Shown: positions 9,755 through 19,860 of the stretch, one piece after another
Numbering within the stretch: position 1 is the first letter of the stretch
Layout: each line of letters begins with the position of its first letter
Assembly: GCA_965222375.1 (NCBI GenBank)
Contig: CBDCTZ010000015.1
Span: forward strand, 224,001 to 288,000
Direction of reading: 5' to 3'
DNA: 64,000 nucleotides
Source: Polyangiaceae bacterium
Lineage (GTDB): Bacteria > Myxococcota_A > Polyangia > Polyangiales > Polyangiaceae
The notes under the pieces: generated by a model
Told to the model about the DNA's origin: nothing
The model's database searches: none
What the model saw: only the letters and a program-made list of their open reading frames with translations
Translations under genes and position numbers: made by a program

Positions 9755-11482
9755 TCACATCTTCGCCGGAGCTTCGATGCCGAGCAGCCCGAGGCCCGAG
9801 GCGACTACCCGGGCGGACAGGTCTGCTAGCGCCAGTCGCGACGCGCGTTCTTCAGGGGTGGCTGCTTTGAGCACGGGGCAACTCTCGTAGAAGGCCATGA
9901 ACGCAGTAGCCAATTCGTACAGGTAGGTGCACAGCTTGTGGGGCTCGAGGGTCTGCTCCACTTCTGTCACTACGCTGGGGTAGGCTAATAGCTGCAGCGC
10001 GAGGGCGCGTTCCTGGGGCGCGACCACCCTGATGCCGGAGCCCTTGGCCTCTTCGCCCCCGGCCTTTCGGAAGATGGAACGGATGCGCGCATGGGCGTAC
10101 TGCAGGTAGGGCGCGGTGTTGCCATTCAGTGCCAACATCCGCGAATAGTCGAAGGTGTAGTCGCGGATGCGATCACTGGACAGATCTGCGTACTTGACCG
10201 CGCCAACGCCCACGGCTCGAGCGATCTCGCTGCGGGCGTGGGCGTCCATCTCCGGATTCTTCTCCAGCACCACGGCTTCCGCGCGGGTCACGGCTTCTTG
10301 CAGCAGATCGATCAGGCGAACGGTCTCGCCCGCGCGCGTCTTGAACATCTTGCCGTCGGAGCCCAGCACCGAACCGAAGGACACGTGTTCGGCCCGAATG
10401 GGCGGCGCCAGCCAACCGGCCATCTCCGCAGTCTTGAACAGCATGGCCAAGTGCTGCGACTGTGGCGTGCCGACCACGTAGATGATCCGCGTGGCCTTGA
10501 GCTTGTCGATCCGGTAGCGAATCGCCGCGACGTCCGTCGTGGCGTAGCCGTAGCCGCCGTCCTGCTTCTTGATGATCAGAGGAAGGGGCTTGTCGTCGCG
10601 GCCGGTGAACCCGTCCGGGAAGACGCAAACCGCGCCATCGCTGTCCACGGCCAAGCCCTTGCGCTCCAGGCGCTCGATGGTGGGAGCGAGCATCGGATTG
10701 TATAGGCTCTCTCCAGCAACGTCGGCGTTGTCCAGACTGATGCCGAGAAGTTCGTACACGCTGGCAAAGTAGCGCTTGGAGGAATCCACCAGCTTGCGCC
10801 ACAGCGCCAGGGTTTCATCATCGCCGCCTTGCAGCATCACCACGCGCTTGCGTGAGCGCTCCGCAAAGGCTTCGTCGGAGTCGAACTTCTCACGCGCGGC
10901 CTTGTAGAAGGCATTCAGATCCGACACCGAGTGCTGTTCCGCATCTTCGCCACCATCGAGCAAGTGTTCGATCAACATGCCAAAAGGCGTTCCCCAATCC
11001 CCAAGGTGGTTCTGGCGAATGACTTTGTGGCCGCGGGCCGCGAGCACGTGCGCCAGGGCATCACCGATGATGGTGCTGCGCAGATGCCCCACGTGCATCT
11101 CCTTGGCGACGTTCGGCGAGGAGTAGTCGATGACGACGATGTCTGCAGGCGACGCGGGACTGACCCCCAAGCCGTCGGCGTCGAACACAGCGCTCAGCTG
11201 TTTCGCCAAGTAGTCCGCGCGCAACGTCACATTGACGAATCCGGGCCCGGCGATTTCCGTTTTCTCGATGGCGTCTCCGGGTGGAAGATGCTCGACGATG
11301 GCGGCGGCGACATCTCGAGGCTTCTGCTTGACGCGTTTTGCCAGGCCAAGCGCCGCGTTGATTTGAAAGTCCGCAAATTGCGACGGTCGCAGCATGGGAT
11401 CCACGTCGGCATATTCGTCGCCAAACGCCGCTTGGATGGCGCTGCGAAAAACGGGATCCAACTGGGCAATCGGGTCAGCCAT
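9755..11482 (-). CDS. argS: Arginine--tRNA ligase
   Basis: DYSSPNVAKEMHVGHLRSTIIGD (HIGH-like), GDWGTPFG, MFKTRAG, GNTAPYLQYAHARI. Confidence 0.97.
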   Translation of the reverse strand: MADPIAQLDPVFRSAIQAAFGDEYADVDPMLRPSQFADFQINAALGLAKRVKQKPRDVAAAIVEHLPPGDAIEKTEIAGPGFVNVTLRADYLAKQLSAVFDADGLGVSPASPADIVVIDYSSPNVAKEMHVGHLRSTIIGDALAHVLAARGHKVIRQNHLGDWGTPFGMLIEHLLDGGEDAEQHSVSDLNAFYKAAREKFDSDEAFAERSRKRVVMLQGGDDETLALWRKLVDSSKRYFASVYELLGISLDNADVAGESLYNPMLAPTIERLERKGLAVDSDGAVCVFPDGFTGRDDKPLPLIIKKQDGGYGYATTDVAAIRYRIDKLKATRIIYVVGTPQSQHLAMLFKTAEMAGWLAPPIRAEHVSFGSVLGSDGKMFKTRAGETVRLIDLLQEAVTRAEAVVLEKNPEMDAHARSEIARAVGVGAVKYADLSSDRIRDYTFDYSRMLALNGNTAPYLQYAHARIRSIFRKAGGEEAKGSGIRVVAPQERALALQLLAYPSVVTEVEQTLEPHKLCTYLYELATAFMAFYESCPVLKAATPEERASRLALADLSARVVASGLGLLGIEAPAKM

Positions 11483-11711
11483 GACTGCCGCGAAGCTGTG
11501 GGCAACACGCTGGAAAGTCAACGAAAAGGGCGGCCGGTGACCCGGCCGGGAAGTAGTGGTCCAGGGCGCACCAGCGAAAACGCGCTTGTGACGCGCTTCG
11601 CGATGCCCGACGGGGCAATACCCGAAAGGGTGCGACTCCAACCGTCAGCCCAAGTCCGCGAAGCGAGTCCAATCAAGTCCCACGCCCCGCGCGGGCTGCT
11701 ATGTTCGGCAG

Positions 11712-13064
11712 GTGATGAAGCGCGGAAGAAGGTCGGGTCGAGCCTTGCAGTTATCCACAGCCGCAGCCGCGGGCCTATGCCTGGCGGCGTGCGGCGAGTC
11801 GGATTCGAGCGGATCGCCGGGCAGCGGCGGCGCGAGTGTCGGCGGCGGAGCGGGTACCGGAGCGAACGCAGGCAGCGGAGGCAATGCAGGCAGCAGCGGG
11901 AGCTCATCCGGCGGCTCATCCGGCGCCAGCACTGGGGGCTCTGCGGGCACCGGCGGCGGAGGCGGTGCGCCGAAACTGGAGGGCTACGGCACCCAGAGTC
12001 CCTTCGGGTCAGGCGCCGGCTCCGAGAGTTGCGTCGTCAAGAACACCAACGACTCGGGCCCGGACTCGTTGCGAGAGTGCATCACGGACCGAAACGGGCC
12101 GGTGGCCAACCCAACGCCGCGGATCATCACTTTCAGCGTGTCTGGGACGATCACGTTGCTCAGCGACCTGCGCATTCGCCAGCCGTACCTGACCGTGGAC
12201 GGACTGTCCGCGCCGGCGCCGGGCATCACCATCGAAAAACAGGGCGACGGCACTGACGGCGAAACCGGCGTCACGACTTGGAAGGGCAACAACACCTGCG
12301 GCCACGACGTTTTGGTTCAAGGGCTTCGCTTCAAGGGCACGTGGCCGCGCAACACGGAGACCCACAATCAGAACGCCGGCAACATGTCCATTGACGGCGA
12401 AGACTTGCCAGGCTGCCTCAAGAATGTCGTGCTGTGGCGCAACACCTACGTGAGCGCCCAGGACTCTTCCGGGGACATGTGGGGCTCGATGCAGGACGTC
12501 ACCTTTGCCTACAACCTCGTGATCTACTCGCTACACCCGCAGTCCATCTCACACTTTCCCGGAGACACAGCCGGCCAAGAAGGACAGCGCATCAGCGTGC
12601 ACCACAACGTGTACGCGCATGTTCACGAGCGGATCCCCAACGTGCGAGGCAACATCTGGGACGCCAACATCGAGCAGAACATCTTCCATCGCTGGGCGGC
12701 CTTTGGCTTCGGCGGCGGCTATGCGACCAAGTTCCGATGCCGAGGCAGCGGCTGCCCCATGCGCATCAACTTGCTCGAGAACCACTACACCTCGACGGGT
12801 ACCGCCTTGGACCACGCCCTCGACTTCCAGGACGGCGCGGATCCGGCGCAGGTCTTCAGCTCCGGCAATCGCTTTCCCAAGGAAGAGACCGAGGACGGCA
12901 GCGCGGCGAAGGCCTTCCCTCGCACGGATAGCGTCACGTTGCTGCCGGACAATGCGGTCGCGGCACAAATGCTGCCGCATGTGGGGCAGCCAACGCGTAC
13001 AGCTGAGGAGAGCGCCGTGCTCAAAGAAATCGAGACGGCTGTGTCTACGGAGGTCGGGAACTAG
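11712..13064 (+). CDS. Lipoprotein, Gly/Ser linker + pectate lyase (PL1-like) beta-helix
   Basis: LAAC lipobox; NTNDSGPDSLR, PRIITFSVSGTI, LTVDGLSAPAPGITI, HHNVY and ERIPNVR (RxPxxR). Confidence 0.7.
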   Translation: MMKRGRRSGRALQLSTAAAAGLCLAACGESDSSGSPGSGGASVGGGAGTGANAGSGGNAGSSGSSSGGSSGASTGGSAGTGGGGGAPKLEGYGTQSPFGSGAGSESCVVKNTNDSGPDSLRECITDRNGPVANPTPRIITFSVSGTITLLSDLRIRQPYLTVDGLSAPAPGITIEKQGDGTDGETGVTTWKGNNTCGHDVLVQGLRFKGTWPRNTETHNQNAGNMSIDGEDLPGCLKNVVLWRNTYVSAQDSSGDMWGSMQDVTFAYNLVIYSLHPQSISHFPGDTAGQEGQRISVHHNVYAHVHERIPNVRGNIWDANIEQNIFHRWAAFGFGGGYATKFRCRGSGCPMRINLLENHYTSTGTALDHALDFQDGADPAQVFSSGNRFPKEETEDGSAAKAFPRTDSVTLLPDNAVAAQMLPHVGQPTRTAEESAVLKEIETAVSTEVGN

Positions 13065-13128
13065 TCTGAATTCACTACGCGGTCGGTTGGCAGCGTTCCC
13101 CGGCGGTTTTGAGCTACACTAGGCGGCA

Positions 13129-14340
13129 ATGTCGATTTCTTTCTTGGCGAAGTGGCGCGCCGCATTCCTTGGGGCCGCTACTTTGGGGCTGCTCATGCCG
13201 CGCTGTGGCGGGGACGACTTCAGCGAGGGCTCGACCCCGAAAAACGACGCAGGCGCGGATGCCTCCACGGGTGGTTGTCCCGCCGGGAGCAAGGAGTGTG
13301 CAGGCAACTGCGTGCCCTTCGACGACCCGGCGTTCGGGTGCAGCTCGCCGGTATGCGATCCCTGCCCCGGCTTGAATGGCAAAGCGGCGTGTAGCAATGG
13401 CTGCCAGCTTCTATGCGACGCAGGGTTCGAAGACTGCGACAAGGACCCGGCCAACGGCTGCGAAACCGTCACCAAGTTCGATCCGGAAAACTGCGGCAGC
13501 TGTGACAAGAAGTGCACCTCTGGGGAGAGCTGCGTCGACGGCGGCTGCATCAACACTGGGTGCCCAGGCGAGCAGGTGAAGTGCACGGTCAACGGCCCCT
13601 GCATCAACCTGGGTACCAAGGAAAACTGCGCGCACTGCTCGGACAAGTGTGGGCGCCCCAACACTCAGGCCACCTGTGACTCCGGCAAATGCAAGATCAC
13701 GAGCTGCAGCCAGGGCTTCGCTGACTGCAACAATGATCCCAAGGACGGCTGCGAAACCAACCTGCAGAATAGCGGTGCGCACTGTGGCGCATGTGATCGC
13801 AAATGCGAGCTGACCAATGCCGTGTCCACCCAATGCGTCGCAGGTGTGTGCGCACCCAGCTGCAAGCGTAGTGGAGGTCAGTACTTCGCCGATTGCACCC
13901 AACCCCAAGCGCCCACCGAAGATGACGGCTGCGAGACGAACATCACAGATCCCGCCAATTGCGGCGGATGCGGGCTGGCGTGCCAGACCGGGCTGGTCTG
14001 CGCGCTCAAAGGAGGAACACCCTGGCCCCGCTGCATATGCACCCAGGACAAGCAATGCACGGAGAAGGTTTCAAGCGTCATCCCCAATACTGCGTGCAAC
14101 GAAGCCGCGGGTAAGTGTAGCTGTCCAAGCTCCGAGTCATGCGCGCCCGGGGAGATATGCGTTGCACTCCCTAAAGCGGTCGTCTGCGATTGCGGCGGAG
14201 TGAAGTGCCTACCCGGCCAGCATTGTTGTTCCGACGGCTGCAAGGACGTCGAAACTGACCCCAAGAATTGCGGCGCCTGCGGCCGCACCTGCGCCCCGGG
14301 TCAGGCGTGCAAAGGCTGGACCTGCATTAGTCCGGACTGA
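13129..14340 (+). CDS. Cys-rich repeat lipoprotein (myxobacterial DPxNCGxC repeats)
   Basis: Signal peptide + Cys; repeated DCD..NGCE and DPxNCGxC units. Confidence 0.75.
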   Translation: MSISFLAKWRAAFLGAATLGLLMPRCGGDDFSEGSTPKNDAGADASTGGCPAGSKECAGNCVPFDDPAFGCSSPVCDPCPGLNGKAACSNGCQLLCDAGFEDCDKDPANGCETVTKFDPENCGSCDKKCTSGESCVDGGCINTGCPGEQVKCTVNGPCINLGTKENCAHCSDKCGRPNTQATCDSGKCKITSCSQGFADCNNDPKDGCETNLQNSGAHCGACDRKCELTNAVSTQCVAGVCAPSCKRSGGQYFADCTQPQAPTEDDGCETNITDPANCGGCGLACQTGLVCALKGGTPWPRCICTQDKQCTEKVSSVIPNTACNEAAGKCSCPSSESCAPGEICVALPKAVVCDCGGVKCLPGQHCCSDGCKDVETDPKNCGACGRTCAPGQACKGWTCISPD

Positions 14341-15349
14341 GCACGATCTTGCCGACGTTCTTGCCGAATTCGAGCTCACCGTGGGCATCCGCAGCGCGGG
14401 AAAAAGGATAGCTACCACCGACCACGGGATCGATCTTGCCGCTCGCGTAGAGCTCCATGATTCCGTTGAGTGAGCGCTCCATCAGCTCACGCTCGCCGAA
14501 TAGGTGACCCATGTTCACGCCCGACACCGTGCGGTTGTCGTTCATCAGCTTCATGGGCGAAAAGCGCGGCACCTTCGCCAACTGCGACAGCACATTGAGC
14601 AGACTGCGCTTGCCACCGGTGTTGGCATTGGCCAAGCCAAACGCGATCAGCATGCCCGTAGGCTTGAGCAGTTTGTAACCTTTCCGCCAGTCACCACCGC
14701 CCAAGGGGTCGAGCACGAGGTCCACGCCCCGGCCCTTGGTCAAATGGCGCACTTCCTCGGCGTAGTCTTTGGTCCGGTAATCGATGGGGTGATCGCAGCC
14801 TTGTTTGCGTATGGCTTCGTGCTTCTTGGCAGATGCGGTGCCGTAGGTGACGACATCGGGAACGGTCTGACACAACTGCAGCGCCGCAGTGCCCACGCCA
14901 CCCGCCGCCATGTGGATCAGCACGTGCTCGCCCGGGCGGAGCCGCGCGATCCCGAATAGCATGTGATAGGCGGTCAAGTAGGTGACCGGCAAAGCTGCAG
15001 CGGACTCGAAACTCATCTTGTCGGGGATCGGAATGGCCTGGTCCGCAGTCACGCAAACGGAACTCGCGTGCGCGCCGAACTTCGACAGGAAAAGGACCCG
15101 CGTGCCTTCCTTCGGATCGGTGACGCCGGAGCCGACCTTGTCCACGATGCCCGAGCCCTCGTAGCCCACGACGCAGGGTGGCTTGGGCGCATCCGGGTAC
15201 AGACCTTGGCGCGCCATGACCTCGGCAAAGTTCAAGCCTGCAGCGTGCACCTTGATCCGCACTTGGCCGGACGCCGGCTCGGGATCCGGCGCCTCACGCA
15301 CCTGCAACACTTCGGGCCCACCGTGACGCGTGATCGTAATGGCTTGCAT
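14327..15349 (-). CDS. MDR-family NADPH:quinone oxidoreductase (VAT-1-like)
   Basis: GGPEVLQ, GLNFAE, GYEGSG, HMAAGGVG and NVGKIVL. Confidence 0.88.
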   Translation of the reverse strand: MQAITITRHGGPEVLQVREAPDPEPASGQVRIKVHAAGLNFAEVMARQGLYPDAPKPPCVVGYEGSGIVDKVGSGVTDPKEGTRVLFLSKFGAHASSVCVTADQAIPIPDKMSFESAAALPVTYLTAYHMLFGIARLRPGEHVLIHMAAGGVGTAALQLCQTVPDVVTYGTASAKKHEAIRKQGCDHPIDYRTKDYAEEVRHLTKGRGVDLVLDPLGGGDWRKGYKLLKPTGMLIAFGLANANTGGKRSLLNVLSQLAKVPRFSPMKLMNDNRTVSGVNMGHLFGERELMERSLNGIMELYASGKIDPVVGGSYPFSRAADAHGELEFGKNVGKIVLSPD

Positions 15350-15436
15350 GCGATTTCCCCTTTTCGAAAGGCGAGCGAACGTAAGGACGGGTCGCGCGAT
15401 GTCGAGGGTGAAAAACGGGACCGGCTACACTTTGGC

Positions 15437-15464
15437 TGTAACCCCGCCCCCGGCCTTGCCGTAA
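15437..15464 (+). promoter_or_regulatory. Possible ECF-sigma-type promoter (TGTAAC-N17-CGTAA)
   Basis: AAC/CGT cores with 17-nt spacing, directly upstream of ATG 15473. Confidence 0.3.
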
Positions 15465-15472
15465 CCCCCTAG

Positions 15473-16237
15473 ATGCTCGGGTTTTCAGGCGCTGGGGCGC
15501 TTCGTTTTTCGTGCGGGCTCAGCCTCGCTCTGGTCGTGGCCTGCGGCGGTGAAGACAGTCGGCCCGGTGGGCCGGGCGGCAGTGGAGCAACGGGCGGCGC
15601 CCTCGGTGGGGGAGCCGGCAGCGGAACGGGTGGCAGCGGCGGAAGCGCCGGGAACGCAAGTGGTGGCACAGCTGGGTCGGCCGGCTCTGCGGGCGCCGGC
15701 GCGAGTGCTGGGTCGGGGGGAACGGCGGGCTCGGGAGGAAGTGGGGGTACGGGTGGCAGCGCCGCGGTGTGTCCACCCGTAGGTCCCTACGGTGGGAACG
15801 TGGGCGACATCGCCGAAGACGTCACGCTGTACGACTGCGACGGCAAGCCCGTGTCATTGCACAGCCTGTGCAACAAGAAAGCCTCCGCGGTGTTTACCTT
15901 CGCCATCTGGTGTCCGATCTGCAAAGCGCACATGGACAAGGGCGAGCCGCAAGCGCTGTACGCGAACCACCAAAACGACGACTTCGAGATGTTCGTGGTG
16001 GTGACGGAGACGGGCACGGGCGCCAATGCCACCGCTGCGCATTGCGTGAACATCCGCGACACTTACGGTCTGAAGATGCCCGTCTTCTTCGACAAGAACG
16101 CCGAACTGGTCACCAAGCTGGGTCTCGCAGTCAACAGCGGCGCCTTGGTCATGAGCGCTGGGGCGCGCATCGAGCTCAAGCAGTCCTACGGCTTCGACGC
16201 CATGGCGAAAGCCATTCCGACCGTACTTGCGAAGTAG
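15473..16237 (+). CDS. Lipoprotein, Gly-rich linker + thioredoxin-like (redoxin) domain
   Basis: VVAC lipobox; VGDIAEDVTL..DGKPVSL and WCPIC (CxxC). Confidence 0.75.
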   Translation: MLGFSGAGALRFSCGLSLALVVACGGEDSRPGGPGGSGATGGALGGGAGSGTGGSGGSAGNASGGTAGSAGSAGAGASAGSGGTAGSGGSGGTGGSAAVCPPVGPYGGNVGDIAEDVTLYDCDGKPVSLHSLCNKKASAVFTFAIWCPICKAHMDKGEPQALYANHQNDDFEMFVVVTETGTGANATAAHCVNIRDTYGLKMPVFFDKNAELVTKLGLAVNSGALVMSAGARIELKQSYGFDAMAKAIPTVLAK

Positions 16238-16333
16238 GCGCAACGAGCACCGCACACGCGGGCGTCGAACTCGCTACCTCTGGGCTGGTAGCAATTAGGT
16301 TTCAAGCAGAGTGGGAGCAGAGACTCGAGTCGT

Positions 16334-17266
16334 TCACCACGCCGTGTCGTGGATTGCGAGTTGGTCGATCCAGCCGTTCGCCGACGTGGGGCTGGCGACA
16401 TTGCTCGGCTCGGAGCCGATCCAGATCAGCCGCCCCGGGATCACGTTCGGCGACGCGGGGACTGTCTCTTTCTGCGAGTAGGTAATCTGACTGTCTCCCA
16501 CCCAGACCTTCAGAGGCGCGCCGTTCTTCCAGCTGATGGAGATGAACGTCCACTCGTCCTTTGGCATTTGCTGCTCCGTGACGGATCCGAATGCCGACAC
16601 TTTCCCTGGGCTCAGGTGATAATCGAAGACGATTCTGTGTTTGCCGCCAAACAGCTCTCGAATCAAGCGGATCCCGCCGTTAGGGAGGTTCGCTGTCCTG
16701 ACGAGCGCACGGTTCCCCGGATCGCTCGCGGAGTAGTCGGGTTTGTACCAGAACCGCAACGACCCCTCAGCGTAGTTGATGTTTGGCGACCCGGCTGTCG
16801 GCTGTTCCTCAAAGGCGAGCTTCTTTTTGCTGTCGGTGAAGTGGATGCCGTTGCCGCAGATCGTCGGGCCAAAATCCGCTTTGACGAGTTGCTCTTGGAC
16901 GAAACCCGTTGCGTCACCCACGTCGGCAGAGCCGAGGTTGCTGAGAGCTTCGAGTTCGTGCAGGAAAGTCACGTTGGGCGGCAACACCTTGGGATGAGAG
17001 TTGCACTTGGGTGGGTTGCCCCCAGCTCCCGAGCCGCCGTCAACACCGCCAGTGCCACCGCTCGAACCCGCAACGCCGCCAGAACCCGCAACACCGCCAG
17101 AGCCCGCCACACCGCCGGAACCGGCCGTCGCGCCACCGCCGCCCGAAGTGCCCGCGGTACCAGCTCCACCGCCAGAACCGCCCTTGGCGGTGGACTTGGA
17201 AGAACACCCAGCCACGAGCACCAGGACTCCAATGGCGGCTGTGGCTGCGAATCCAACAGAACGCAT
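16334..17266 (-). CDS. Lipoprotein, Gly-rich linker + LamG/ConA-like domain
   Basis: VAGC lipobox; GSLRFWYKP, WTFISISW, IWIGS and GWIDQLAI resemble LamG-like jelly rolls. Confidence 0.6.
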   Translation of the reverse strand: MRSVGFAATAAIGVLVLVAGCSSKSTAKGGSGGGAGTAGTSGGGGATAGSGGVAGSGGVAGSGGVAGSSGGTGGVDGGSGAGGNPPKCNSHPKVLPPNVTFLHELEALSNLGSADVGDATGFVQEQLVKADFGPTICGNGIHFTDSKKKLAFEEQPTAGSPNINYAEGSLRFWYKPDYSASDPGNRALVRTANLPNGGIRLIRELFGGKHRIVFDYHLSPGKVSAFGSVTEQQMPKDEWTFISISWKNGAPLKVWVGDSQITYSQKETVPASPNVIPGRLIWIGSEPSNVASPTSANGWIDQLAIHDTAW

Positions 17267-17466
17267 AGCCCGGCACGTTAGCATCCTTGCCTCCGTTCCG
17301 CTTCGAGCAGCGCCGGGCGGCGGACAAGACGCTCGACAACCGCCGCGGCAGATCCGTGTTCGTGGCGGATACCTATAGCTGTTTGGGCGCTCGAGCCGGA
17401 GTCCGACGGGCACCGGGTTCCTCGTCCAGCTCTTCGCCGGGACCTTCCGTCTCGGCGTCGACGTCT

Positions 17467-18852
17467 TCAATCGCCTACAGCGAACAGGGTCCCATCACAT
17501 TGCAGGGCGACGACGTCGCCATCACTAGTCAGCGCTGCGTCCAAGAGGCATGACCCGGCGCTGGGCGGCGACACCTGCCAGCGCATCGCGCCGCTCTCCT
17601 CGTCGAAGGCCACCAGTGCCTTCGCGGCGACCACGAGGGTGCCGTTGGACGCGAGGCTTGCGCGCCTCGCCGGAACCGCTTGGGTCCACCGCACATTGCC
17701 GTCGCGATCGACTGCGGCCAAATCCGAAATGCCTTCTCCCGCGTTGATGCCCACGATGGCCGTGCCCGCCCGGGTAATGGCGAAGACTTCACTGGCGAAG
17801 ATCTCGCCCGCGCCGAAGCTCAGCTCGAAAGTCGTGGGCGTTCCCGACTGCGCATCGAGAGTCACCATTTTCGAGCCGGTCAGCGGTCCGAGCAGGACGA
17901 CAATGCTCCCGTCCGGCCGAACCGCAGGACCGCCCAAGCGTTGTCCCGAAAGGTCGGTCTGCCAGAGCATTGCCCCGGTCTCGGGATCGAGAGCGACGCC
18001 GATCGAACCCACGCCGGATGGACCGAGCGAACCGACGACCGCGATCACTTCGCCCCCCCCGCCCAGTGCGAGCGTTGAAGCCAGCTGTAGTTTCGTCTCA
18101 TTGCCTGTGAAAACCAGATCGTCGAGCTTGGGCGTGGTCCAGGCCACGACGCCACCCGGATGAACCCGCGAGATGAACGTGGCGGAGTTCGCGGTCCCGA
18201 CGTTTTCTCTGTGCACCAGGTACAAGCTGCCGTCAGCACCGACAGCCGGATTCCGCGGCACAGTGTAGAAGTCGAATCCGAAAGTGGTGGGCGTGAAGTC
18301 TCCGGACTGCGCGTCAATCTGAAGCAGCGTTTCTGCGAAGGGCTCGGCGCGAACGAAGACGTCGACCAGACCGGCCGACAAGACCACCGGCCAAATGGTC
18401 GCGTCGACGGTGTCGATTTCAACTGTCCATTGGACCGCGCCGGCGTTGGATCGCCGGCGTTGGATCGCTCCTTGACTCGAAGCCTTGTGTCCGCTGACGA
18501 CGTACACGTCGCTCGAGGCGCCCGTCGTGAGCGCGCCAGGACTCAGTTGCCCAGATCCGAAGGTAGAAACCTGCCGGGTCCATTTCAGCTGAGGATTGAC
18601 CGGAGCTGGGACACGCGCGCGACCATCGCGCGTAGAGCAGTTGCGCCACATGGCTGCGGGGCCGGCAATGGCCGACGGACAGGGATCTTCGAGGGGATTG
18701 CTACCGCCGCTACCCGCTGTGCCCCCGGCGCCCGCAGCTGCGGCCCCTGACCCGGACGGCAAGCTGAGCGGGCTCCGGGAGCCGCAGGCGAACAGCATGA
18801 ACGCGAACGCCAGCAATGCGGACTGAGCCCCTCGCTTCGCTACGCCTTTCAT
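17467..18852 (-). CDS. Lipoprotein with PQQ-like beta-propeller repeats
   Basis: LFAC lipobox; repeats ALDPETGAMLW, AVDRDGNVRW, AFDEESGAMRW. Confidence 0.7.
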   Translation of the reverse strand: MKGVAKRGAQSALLAFAFMLFACGSRSPLSLPSGSGAAAAGAGGTAGSGGSNPLEDPCPSAIAGPAAMWRNCSTRDGRARVPAPVNPQLKWTRQVSTFGSGQLSPGALTTGASSDVYVVSGHKASSQGAIQRRRSNAGAVQWTVEIDTVDATIWPVVLSAGLVDVFVRAEPFAETLLQIDAQSGDFTPTTFGFDFYTVPRNPAVGADGSLYLVHRENVGTANSATFISRVHPGGVVAWTTPKLDDLVFTGNETKLQLASTLALGGGGEVIAVVGSLGPSGVGSIGVALDPETGAMLWQTDLSGQRLGGPAVRPDGSIVVLLGPLTGSKMVTLDAQSGTPTTFELSFGAGEIFASEVFAITRAGTAIVGINAGEGISDLAAVDRDGNVRWTQAVPARRASLASNGTLVVAAKALVAFDEESGAMRWQVSPPSAGSCLLDAALTSDGDVVALQCDGTLFAVGD

Positions 18853-19030
18853 GGCGTCAACGTTATCTGGCGAGAGGGCGGCGACAAGGACACTTCGGGG
18901 CTCCTTGGCGTCAAAGGAGCGAGAAACTCGGCAAGCGCAAACCCAAGAAACGCATCTGGGGCGCACATCGCAGCTCCGCGAGCTCAGAACGCCTGCCGCT
19001 TCGGCCGCGGGGGCCGAAAGCGGCTGACGC

Positions 19031-19795
19031 CTACTCGCATTTGGAAGTCGAGCCGTTGCAGGTCCACCCGCTACAGCACGGCCCCGTAAGCGAATCGCAG
19101 GAATCACCCGCAATGCCGCAACATATTCGCTGACCCGGTTTACCGATGCAGTCCCGGGCGCCGCAGCATGGAGCGGCAGTCGTGCACGGGAGCCCTGGGT
19201 CCTGGCAGAAGCCACCGGTACCACCACTTCCGCCGCTGCTCACGGCGCCGGTGCCACCCGTCGCAACGCCTCCAGTACCGCCCGTCGCGACGCCTCCGCT
19301 GCCGCCCGTCGCGACGCCTCCGCTGCCACCCGTCGCGACGCCTCCGCTGCCGCCCGTCGCGACGCCTCCGCTGCCACCCGTCGCGACGCCTCCGCTGCCA
19401 CCCGTTGCGACGCCTCCGCTGCCGCCCGTCGCGACGCCTCCGCTGCCACCCGTTGCGACGCCGCCTGTGCCGCCGGTCGCTCCCCCGGCGGTGCCCCCAG
19501 TGGCAACGCCTGCGGCACCTCCGGTCGCAACACCGCCGCTGCCACCACTGCCCCCACTTCCCGCAGCACCACTCGATCCGCTGCTGCCCCCGGTGCCTCC
19601 ACCGCCCCCAGCTCCGCAGACGCAACTGTCCCAGGTCCCGTTTGCCCGACAACTGCGGGTGCCGACGCAATTGTTCGCCCCGACGCATTGCTCCGTTTCG
19701 GGAGCGGTGCAGTTCACCGTAGAAGTCGACCTCGACGATTCAGACGAACACGCAATCACGATCACAGCCGCGCCCCAGGTGAGGATGGATCGCAT
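19031..19795 (-). CDS. Lipoprotein: Cys-rich N domain, GGVATGGS repeat linker, Cys-rich C domain
   Basis: VIAC lipobox; paralogous to 19861-20589. Confidence 0.7.
   Translation of the reverse strand: MRSILTWGAAVIVIACSSESSRSTSTVNCTAPETEQCVGANNCVGTRSCRANGTWDSCVCGAGGGGGTGGSSGSSGAAGSGGSGGSGGVATGGAAGVATGGTAGGATGGTGGVATGGSGGVATGGSGGVATGGSGGVATGGSGGVATGGSGGVATGGSGGVATGGSGGVATGGTGGVATGGTGAVSSGGSGGTGGFCQDPGLPCTTAAPCCGARDCIGKPGQRICCGIAGDSCDSLTGPCCSGWTCNGSTSKCE
19250..19466. repeat. 24-bp tandem repeat, about 9 copies (encodes GGVATGG[S/T])
   Basis: Unit CCGCTGCCRCCCGTYGCGACGCCT is visible in the sequence. Confidence 0.9.
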
Positions 19796-19860
19796 GCGAA
19801 CGGCTTGCCCTCGTCGCCTCGGACGCGCCCCTCGTAAGGTCTCAGAATCCCGCTGACCCG

